Source of the DNA: Ktedonobacterales bacterium
GTDB lineage: Bacteria; Chloroflexota; Ktedonobacteria; Ktedonobacterales; JADMIN01
DNA length: 32,000 nt
Assembly (NCBI GenBank): GCA_030167145.1
Contig: CP126532.1
Coordinates: 4,350,001 to 4,382,000, forward strand
Direction of reading: 5' to 3'
The notes under the pieces are model-generated. The model searched no databases. It saw only the letters and a program-made list of their open reading frames with translations, and was not told the origin of the DNA. Below, one piece after another: positions 25,541 to 32,000 of the stretch (position 1 is the stretch's first letter; each line of letters opens with the position of its first letter). The position numbers and the translations under genes were made by a program.

Positions 25541-26932
25541 TTAGCCCAGCCTCGCTTTCATCCGCAGGTGCGGTCCGCCACTGGAGACCGGCACGAACTC
25601 TTTGTGTCCCTTGCCGCAGGTGGCGCCGCCGAGTAGCTCGAAGTCGCTGCCGACCGCCGTGATGCTCTTGAGCACATCGGGCACGTAGCCTGTGATGCCG
25701 ACGGGCGCGAAGAGCTTGCCAGTCAACTGGCCGTTGACGATTTCTTCGCCGTAGTGCGCCGTCACCTGGATGCCCCAGCCCATCGGGTCTTCCATGCCGC
25801 TTTCGGGCCAGCGCAGATAGACGCCGCGCTCAACGCCCGCGATCATGTCGGCGGGCGCGACATCGCCGGGCGCGAAGAAGGTGTTGGTCATGCGCGCGTA
25901 GGTCTTGCGGGTGAAGTCCTGCCGCCGCCCATTGGCGGTATGTTCGCCGGGGGCGTAGGTGGCGGAGGCGAAATCGCTAATCGGCAGTACGAATACGCCG
26001 TCGCGCAGAATCTGGACCGGGCGGGCAATCTCGCCCTCGTCGTCGAAGAAGTACGAGCCGTAGCCGCCGGGGACGCTAGGATCATCGAACATCGAGATAG
26101 TAGGCGCGGCGACCTGCTTGTTCAGATATTGCGCGGAGAGCGCACGGCCCTTAGGGAACAGATCTAACTCAACGCCGTGGCCGAAGCTCTCGTGGGCGAT
26201 GACGCCTGAGACGCCGCTATCGGCGACGACATCGTAGTCACCTGGCTCGATCTTCTGCGCTTCGAGTAGCCGCAGGGCGACGTCTACCGTCTTGCGTAGC
26301 TCCTCGTCGCTGATGCGCGTGACCTCGAAACCCTTGGTGCCGGCGTTGACGGTGAATTGATAGCGCACCTGCGAGCCATCCGAGACGGCCACCAGCACCG
26401 CCAGCAGCGTCCGCGTGACCTGCTGGGTGAGGCGCCGTCCGCGGCCTGTGTAGACGCTTTCGCGTGTGGTGTCGCCGTAGCGGACCTGGGCTTGAACAAT
26501 ACGGGAGTCCATGGCTTTGGTGCGCTGCTGGATGTCGCGGATGAGCGCGAGTTTGTCTTTCAGCGGCACGGAGGTGGGGTCTATTTCCATTGCCACCTGG
26601 AACGACCGCTCATCGCGCGAGCCGTCCGCAGGCGCGCCTGTTGCGAGCGGTGGGCCATCGGTGCGGCGGGTGAGGCCGCTGGCCCACTGGCGCACGCCAC
26701 GGGCGAGGCGGTCGGGGTCGAGGTCGCTGCTGGCGTATTCGTCGAAGACCGCGCCGTCATAGACAGTGAAGACGACACCACGGCTGGGGTTGACCTCGCC
26801 CGCGCTCTGTTCGCTACCATTGTCGCTGATTTGGATGCCAGAGGCGCCGCTGAGCAGTGCGGCGGCATAGGGGAAGCGTTGTTCCAGGTCGCCAACCAGT
26901 TCCCCGATGACACGTTGGAGGGTATCGGTCAT
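25541..26932 (-). CDS. tldD: TldD-like zinc metallopeptidase
   Basis: ATG 26932 (MTDTLQRVIGELV...). Contains the HESFGHGVELD (HExxxH) motif and a PmbA_TldD C-terminal region. The 45-codon upstream extension in the track is rejected. Confidence 0.85.
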   Translation of the reverse strand: MTDTLQRVIGELVGDLEQRFPYAAALLSGASGIQISDNGSEQSAGEVNPSRGVVFTVYDGAVFDEYASSDLDPDRLARGVRQWASGLTRRTDGPPLATGAPADGSRDERSFQVAMEIDPTSVPLKDKLALIRDIQQRTKAMDSRIVQAQVRYGDTTRESVYTGRGRRLTQQVTRTLLAVLVAVSDGSQVRYQFTVNAGTKGFEVTRISDEELRKTVDVALRLLEAQKIEPGDYDVVADSGVSGVIAHESFGHGVELDLFPKGRALSAQYLNKQVAAPTISMFDDPSVPGGYGSYFFDDEGEIARPVQILRDGVFVLPISDFASATYAPGEHTANGRRQDFTRKTYARMTNTFFAPGDVAPADMIAGVERGVYLRWPESGMEDPMGWGIQVTAHYGEEIVNGQLTGKLFAPVGITGYVPDVLKSITAVGSDFELLGGATCGKGHKEFVPVSSGGPHLRMKARLG

Positions 26933-27008
26933 GGCATTCTCGTCCTCTTCGTTGGTGTGGGCGCGTCCTGCGGGTGGTCGCGTCCTCGCATGTGTAGCTC
27001 CAAGGAAA

Positions 27009-27037
27009 AGCATAAAACATTCGCCCGATTGCCACAA
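27009..27037 (-). promoter_or_regulatory. Candidate promoter for the tldD-pmbA operon
   Basis: On the minus strand: ttgtgg, 17-nt spacer, tatgct, located between the tRNA terminator and tldD. Confidence 0.3.
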
Positions 27038-27050
27038 GGCTAAAGACATG

Positions 27051-27084
27051 CAAAAAGGCGGCCCCAATATTTAGGAACCGCCTT
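27051..27084 (-). terminator. Rho-independent-type terminator after tRNA-Pro
   Basis: On the minus strand: aaggcgg, 16-nt loop, ccgcctt, followed by ttt. Confidence 0.5.
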
Positions 27085-27087
27085 GCG

Positions 27088-27164
<77 letters not shown>

Positions 27165-27228
27165 ACGCACCATCACGATAGCATACCGGGGTGGCTTCGT
27201 CAAGCGACAAACCGATATTCGAATGAAA

Positions 27229-27624
27229 CTACGACGACTTCTTCTTCTCCGAGGACACCTGCCCACGGATGAGCGTGTAGAAGACGCCGATCACAATAGC
27301 GCCCAGCAGTGCGGCGACAATGCGCACGCCTTCGAGCGAAAAGTCGAACCCCAGCTTCACGTACTGGGTGCAGAGGTAGGAGCCGATCAGGGTGATGATC
27401 GTCGCCGCGAGCAGGCCGCCCACCTTCTTCGACGTCAGCCGTTCCGCGATGGCGTTGACGGCAATCGCGATGATCAGGATGATGATCAACTGGATCAAGT
27501 TGATGTAGAAGGCAGGTTTCAGCAGACCCAAGATCTGAATCGTGACGGACGTTTGATGGAAGAGCTGGTCGAGGAAACCACTGTTGGGGATGAACTGGAT
27601 GTTGGTAATGCTGGACAATACCAT
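27229..27624 (-). CDS. GlsB/YeaQ/YmgE-family (transglycosylase-associated) stress membrane protein with N-terminal extension
   Basis: ATG 27624 is preceded by aaaggag 7 nt upstream; the TTG 27648 of the track is less likely. AIAERLTSKKVGGLLAATIITLIGSYL...VAALLGAIVIGVFYTLI resembles YeaQ. Confidence 0.65.
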   Translation of the reverse strand: MVLSSITNIQFIPNSGFLDQLFHQTSVTIQILGLLKPAFYINLIQLIIILIIAIAVNAIAERLTSKKVGGLLAATIITLIGSYLCTQYVKLGFDFSLEGVRIVAALLGAIVIGVFYTLIRGQVSSEKKKSS

Positions 27625-27971
27625 CGTGGTGCTCCTTTGCGAGGTCAACCTCGCCGAATATAAGGGCTACCGCGCTGTAACCCGCTGGATGTACTAGCCG
27701 AGGGGCACATGCGCTTGCGCGCTATACTAGCGGACTTCCCGCCATCACACAAGAGGCTTACGCACGGCCACTCAGCCACCTCAGGGGGAGGCCGACCAAT
27801 ATCAAGCATATTACGTGCCAAAAAGGAAGGCGACTGAGGTGGAGTAGCTGGGACGTGCCGAGGGCGGGGGGATGGGCATGAGAGGGCGGGCACTCGTATC
27901 TACCCGCATCGCTAGCCAATCGCTTGCCATAGCCTGTATACTGCGAGCAGGCGTAGCGCAAAGCGGGAGGA

Positions 27972-28346
27972 TTGGCTATAGGATGGCTGTCGGGAGTATT
28001 TCGGCGTGGTGGCGCGCAAACGAGCGATGGGCAAACAAGCGCGAAACGGCTGAGCAAGTGGGATGCGCCGCTGGGGAACAACTCTGCCAATGATCGGCTT
28101 GAGCGCAAAGTGGCGAGAATTAGGCGCGGACTCGTGCGGCGTCCGAACAACGCACTATTGTGGAGCGATCTAGGTAATGCGCTGGCGAGACTAAAGCGAT
28201 ATGATGAGGCGCTGGAAGCATTTGATCGCGCGGTTGAGCTATCCCCTTCATCTCCGGTAGCGTGGAACGGATGGGGGTGGGCGCTCTGCGCGCTTGGTCG
28301 AGATCAAGCGCGCCAACTTCGCTCAAGCGCGCGGCCACAATATTAA
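27972..28346 (+). pseudogene. TPR-repeat ORF, probably a 5'- and 3'-eroded fragment
   Basis: One clear TPR (ALLWSDLGNALARLKRYDEALEAFDRAVELSP) plus half of a second (PVAWNGWGWALCALGR), which then degenerates to DQARQLRSSARPQY-stop. There is no in-frame ATG. TTG 27972 sits only 1 nt after the gggagg element. The stop overlaps the stop of the convergent vWA ORF. Confidence 0.35.
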
Positions 28347-29230
28347 TCGCCGGAATCGTTCATTGAGCCAGAGCGATCGATCAGAAAGGCGTAGTCGATC
28401 GGAGTCTGCGAGATCTGGCGGATCCGAGTGACTTCCTGCCACGTCATGCTACCGACATTCACTTGTGTGCCAACCACTCGTGTTGATACCTCCAAGGCTA
28501 TCTTCAGAAAGACCAGTTCCAAGAGCGGAAATGCTTCAATGGTAATTGTGGGGATACCACCATAGTTGCCAACCGTGTTCAGGGCGTTGACATCAATATT
28601 GTCGCCCTCGCCTACACCAATGAGGAACATGAAATTGGAAGCCTCCTGGTTGTAGCGTGTTGCGATACGGCGACCTATCCCGGTGGGAGTGCCATAGGCA
28701 CCACCATCGAAATAGTTCTTGCCATCGGTAATAACTGTGAGGAGCCATGGACGTTTTCTGTCACCCTGATCCCAAAAGGATTCAATTACGTCAGCGATTG
28801 AATCATATAGGCGTGTTGCCTCATTGGTAACCGATCGCATGACACCTTGGAGTGTTGCATGCAATAGCCTTTCATTTCCTGTGAACGGCTGCTCTACACG
28901 GAAGGTATTGCCAAAGGTCGCGATCATACCACGATCAAAGTTCTCAGTGTGAAGGTGCTGAATAAACAGGCTAGCTGCCGCGCATGCGTATTCGATCTTT
29001 CTCATCAGCGGTCCCCTCTCTTTAAAACTCGAATGAAACAAGGTGCTATTAGACCATGTCTCACCGGTAAATACCGCAGCGAGCTCTTGACATGCCACTA
29101 TCGTGCGCAATGACTGGCTTCTGCAGTGATGCGGCATGATTGCCTTGCAAATCTCGGGCGCACCTTCATGAGCCACTGCAAATCGGTGGATTGGAAGCTG
29201 TAGCGCATCTTGCGCATGAAAGTCCATCAA
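28343..29230 (-). CDS. vWA-fold protein with the MIDAS DxSxS strand at the C-terminus (apparent circular permutation, or a rearranged remnant)
   Basis: From M76 (ATG 29005, gagagggga SD 6 nt upstream): RKIEYACAAASLFIQHL, DRGMIATFGN, FRVEQPFTGN, SVTNEATRLYDSIADVIE, PWLLTVITDGKN, NFMFLIGVGEG. This is vWA helix a1 through strand b6. IDYAFLIDRSGSM follows, 7 residues before the stop. GC was about 45-47% in two hand-counted 60-nt lines. The 5'-most starts (TTG 29230, ATG 29227) lack an SD. Confidence 0.65.
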   Translation of the reverse strand: MMDFHAQDALQLPIHRFAVAHEGAPEICKAIMPHHCRSQSLRTIVACQELAAVFTGETWSNSTLFHSSFKERGPLMRKIEYACAAASLFIQHLHTENFDRGMIATFGNTFRVEQPFTGNERLLHATLQGVMRSVTNEATRLYDSIADVIESFWDQGDRKRPWLLTVITDGKNYFDGGAYGTPTGIGRRIATRYNQEASNFMFLIGVGEGDNIDVNALNTVGNYGGIPTITIEAFPLLELVFLKIALEVSTRVVGTQVNVGSMTWQEVTRIRQISQTPIDYAFLIDRSGSMNDSGD

Positions 29231-29541
29231 GAGTACAGATACGCGCTAGGAGGTACGCACTAAGTTCATCTCATTGCTTGAGACGTTACTGTTGTGGTAA
29301 TAGTGTTTGAATTAGTAGGTCACATCCTTTACGGCTTTGTCAAATAGGATCGGAATCGATATATCAAGTGGATTAGGTGATGATCAACACTCAACACGAG
29401 TGATCTAAGAGTGGTACCATAGGGAGTACATTCTCTGGTGCGGGAGCATGCAAACCGCAACTCAAACAAAATCAGTGCAGTCATTCTTAACCAAGCGAGA
29501 AGCGCCGTGCCCCATCGCCCAGCGTTTCCTATCAGCCAGTA

Positions 29542-30819
29542 TTATGCGGAGGCGGGCAGGAAGCCCTGGTCATCGAAGGAGCCGCCGAGCACAGCGGCGG
29601 AGGGCGCGCCGAGCCAGCGGTCCAGCATGGTGGCGTAGATCGAGCGGAAGTCGGTGGTGAAGACGAGATTGCCCGCGTTGTCGAGCCGGGTAAGGTCGGG
29701 CGGCTCGCCGTAGATGCCACCCTGCACGGCGTTGCCGAGCACGAAGAGCGGCGCGGAGGTACCGTGGTCGGTGCCCTGGTTGCCATTCTCCTCCACGCGG
29801 CGGCCAAACTCGGACCATGTCATCACCACCACGTCATCGGCAACGTTGTGCGCCTGAAGATCGGAGTAGAAGGCGACAAGACCTTCGGCCATTTCGGTGA
29901 GCAGCTTGGTTTGCGTATCCGCCTGGGCGGCGTGCGTATCGAAACCGCCGAGCGTGACGTAGCCCACGCGCAGCCCAAGCCCCTGCGCGATCACTTCGGC
30001 CAGTACTTGCAGCCCCTTGGCGAAGTTCGTCTGCGGATATTGCACGGCGGGCGTGTAGGCGGAGGCGACGCTTTCGAGTTGCTTCGAGCCTTGCACCGCG
30101 CTCTGAGCGGTGGCATCGAGCAGCGCGGCGTAGGGAGCGGAGCGGGGATAGGTATTGTAGAGCTTCAGCAGCGTTTGGATGCGCGCTTCTGCCGCGCTGA
30201 GTTGGGTCTGCGCGGTGGGGTCGGGCTGGAGGCGATAGGTCTTGGGGTCGGCGACGACGGGCACATCGGCGTTGAGCGCACGCAGCGCGGTGGGCAGCGT
30301 GGTGCCGACGGCGAGCGACTGGAACGGGTGGCCGTCCTGGTCCACCAGACCGGAAACGTATTTGCCGAGCCAGCCCTGGCCCGCCGCCGCGCCGTTGAGG
30401 TCCAGCGTCTGCCAGATGTCCATCGAGACGAAGTGAGAGAGATTGGGATTGGGATAGCCAACGCCTTCGACGACGGCGAGCTTGTTCTGCTGCCAGAGCG
30501 GTTGCAGCGCCTTGAGCGCGGAGTGCATGCCCAGGCGGTCGTTCAGCGCCAGCACGTTGGGCTGCTGAATCGCCAGGGTGGGCCGAGCCTGATAGTACGC
30601 GCTATCGGTATAGGGCACGATGGTATTCAGGCCGTCATTGCCGCCCGCCATTTGCACCACGATCAGCGTTTTGCCCTGCGCAGCCTGCGCCCAGTGGGAG
30701 CCTTCGCGCGCAGCGTTGGAGGCGGCGCGCACGGCCCGCGCGAAGATGGACGGCATAATCATGCCCGCGCTGACGGCGAGCAAGCCGTCTTTTATCATGG
30801 CCCGGCGAGTAAGCTGCAT
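29542..30819 (-). CDS. DUF1501 domain protein (sulfatase/alkaline-phosphatase-like fold) with twin-arginine signal
   Basis: 425 aa. The N-terminus MQLTRRAMIKDGLLAVSAGMIMPSIFARA is Tat-like. GGNDGLN, GGFDTHA, SEFGRR and GTDHG motifs are typical of DUF1501. Confidence 0.85.
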   Translation of the reverse strand: MQLTRRAMIKDGLLAVSAGMIMPSIFARAVRAASNAAREGSHWAQAAQGKTLIVVQMAGGNDGLNTIVPYTDSAYYQARPTLAIQQPNVLALNDRLGMHSALKALQPLWQQNKLAVVEGVGYPNPNLSHFVSMDIWQTLDLNGAAAGQGWLGKYVSGLVDQDGHPFQSLAVGTTLPTALRALNADVPVVADPKTYRLQPDPTAQTQLSAAEARIQTLLKLYNTYPRSAPYAALLDATAQSAVQGSKQLESVASAYTPAVQYPQTNFAKGLQVLAEVIAQGLGLRVGYVTLGGFDTHAAQADTQTKLLTEMAEGLVAFYSDLQAHNVADDVVVMTWSEFGRRVEENGNQGTDHGTSAPLFVLGNAVQGGIYGEPPDLTRLDNAGNLVFTTDFRSIYATMLDRWLGAPSAAVLGGSFDDQGFLPASA

Positions 30820-30828
30820 AATCGTCCC

Positions 30829-32000
30829 TCAGTTCATCTGGTATTCGGGCATGGACATCAGCAGGTAGAGCGTATTGCGGACGCTGGCGGCGGGCACTGT
30901 GGCGTTGCCCGCCAGTGCGAAGCTGGGGCCGGTGGCGCGCTGGCTCACCGCGTCATACAGCATCGCCCGGCGGTCGGCACCGAGCTGGTTATCGGCGAGC
31001 GCGGCGATAAAATAATCGGCCACGGCATGCGGGGTGGAGACCTGGCGCGCGGTGATGAGCCTCTGGAGCGCGGAGTTCGCCGTGTTGGCGCTGCCCCTGG
31101 CCTGCGCACCGCCTTTGACCGTGATACCGGAAGCGCCCGCGAGCAACAGATTGATGAGGTTGACGCGCGTCATCCACGCGCCGGTTGAGACCCAGGAGGC
31201 GCTGACCTTGTCACCATCCCAACCGGAAACGTTCGGCGGATCGAACGGCACCTGCCCCATCTGCTGGAAGGCGAGCGAGACGCCCTTGAGTTCGGTATCC
31301 AACCCCAGGCCGCGCACCGCGCCCGCGATAAACTCGACGGGACTCTTGACCCGCGAGCGATACGCCTGGGCGCTGAGGAACGCGGGCGAGGCGAACATCG
31401 CCTTGATCATCGCGCTGATGCTGTGGTTGCTGTGGTAATAGGCGTCGGCCACGGGCTTGAGGTCGCTGGCGCTGGGATTTTCGGAGACGAAGAAGCTCCA
31501 CATGCGCCAGGCGATGTGATAGCCGGTGGAGGGATGGGCGCAGACGAGCCGCACCACGTCATTGAGGCCAAAATTGCCGGTGTGGCCAAGGAAGGTGACG
31601 GAACCGTTGTAGTGCTGGGCGGGCGAATAAACACCCTTGCTGTTTTGGATGCGCCAGCCGGTGAGCGCGAGTGCCCCCTGATGCACGTCGTTCTGCGTGT
31701 AGTTGGGCTGCCCCGCGCTATTGGTGACGCCGAGTGTGAAGAGTTCCATCAGTTCGCGAGCGTAGTTCTCGTTGGGATTCCTGCCAGTGCTGCGGTTGCC
31801 GTCGAGCCAACGCAGCATCGCCGGATCGGTCGAGACTGCGTGGATCAGGTCGTCAAAGCGGCCCATAGCATGCGCGCGCAATAGTTGGTTCTGCTGCGCC
31901 ATCAGCGGATAGCCCTTTTTGCCACCAATCTTGAGGATGCTGCTGGTGAGCACGCCATGCCAGAAGAGCGTCATCTTCTCTTCGAGCGGACGCTGCGTGT
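30829..32000 (-). CDS. DUF1800 domain protein, 5' end outside the window
   Basis: The frame stays open upstream of the track's ATG 31974 to the window edge (..TQRPLEEKMTLFWHGVLTS). LFWHG, NENYARELMELFTLGV and PPNVSGW are typical of DUF1800. It ends 9 nt before the DUF1501 start. Confidence 0.8.
   Translation of the reverse strand, partial: TQRPLEEKMTLFWHGVLTSSILKIGGKKGYPLMAQQNQLLRAHAMGRFDDLIHAVSTDPAMLRWLDGNRSTGRNPNENYARELMELFTLGVTNSAGQPNYTQNDVHQGALALTGWRIQNSKGVYSPAQHYNGSVTFLGHTGNFGLNDVVRLVCAHPSTGYHIAWRMWSFFVSENPSASDLKPVADAYYHSNHSISAMIKAMFASPAFLSAQAYRSRVKSPVEFIAGAVRGLGLDTELKGVSLAFQQMGQVPFDPPNVSGWDGDKVSASWVSTGAWMTRVNLINLLLAGASGITVKGGAQARGSANTANSALQRLITARQVSTPHAVADYFIAALADNQLGADRRAMLYDAVSQRATGPSFALAGNATVPAASVRNTLYLLMSMPEYQMN

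Noticed and set aside
24712-25662. 316-aa plus-strand ORF opposite pmbA/tldD
   Set aside because: It is an Arg/Ala-rich antisense shadow ORF that crosses the tldD-pmbA junction.
27983-28093. 36-aa ATG-initiated ORF (MAVGSISAWWRANERWANKRETAEQVGCAAGEQLCQ), 12 nt downstream of a gggagg element and overlapping the TPR ORF in another frame
   Set aside because: The start context is better than that of the TPR frame. However, the ORF is short, has no recognisable features, and there is no way to show conservation from this window alone. It is kept only as a note.
29764-31188. 474-aa plus-strand ORF spanning the DUF1501/DUF1800 junction
   Set aside because: It is antisense to two genes with clear family motifs and a Tat signal. 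The Gly/Arg/Ala/His-rich shadow frame also crosses an intergenic boundary.

Overview
GC-rich bacterial chromosomal segment (about 60-65% GC in the 60-nt lines I hand-counted). It is densely coding on both strands: about 36 protein genes plus one tRNA-Pro(GGG). I saw no rRNA, CRISPR array, transposase or integrase. The taxon cannot be fixed from sequence alone; gene content would fit a GC-rich Chloroflexota- or Actinomycetota-like organism. Most of the window is core metabolism and envelope. This includes a DUF1622 / flotillin / NfeD(YqiJ-like) / DUF5808-like membrane cluster, galE, a tatD plus CysRS-family operon, an MFS transporter, a GDPD phosphodiesterase and mdh. It also includes a xylose-isomerase-like TIM-barrel enzyme, an IMPase divergent from a GT-C (DUF2029/GT87-like) glycosyltransferase plus TPR membrane protein, and etfB-etfA followed by a membrane NarI-like/2x[4Fe-4S]/CCG oxidoreductase (EtfD/EMO type). 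The remainder is a TldD/PmbA pair and a Tat-exported DUF1501 with its DUF1800 partner. Lower-GC islets interrupt this backbone at about 13.1-14.5 kb (HEPN-like + minimal nucleotidyltransferase pair), about 22.6-23.5 kb (small membrane protein plus a 524-bp apparently non-coding gap) and about 27.2-29.5 kb. The most unusual object is in the last islet. It is a foreign-looking (about 45-47% GC) vWA-fold ORF whose MIDAS DxSxS strand lies at the extreme C-terminus instead of the N-terminus. That is either an apparent circular permutation or a rearrangement remnant, and it ends on a stop codon overlapping that of a convergent truncated TPR ORF. A second point of interest is that the CysRS-family gene has MshC-like short architecture, with no C-terminal anticodon-binding extension. 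Many long ORFs in the supplied track are antisense or out-of-frame shadow ORFs typical of high-GC DNA and were rejected. Several real genes start well inside the maximal ORF.
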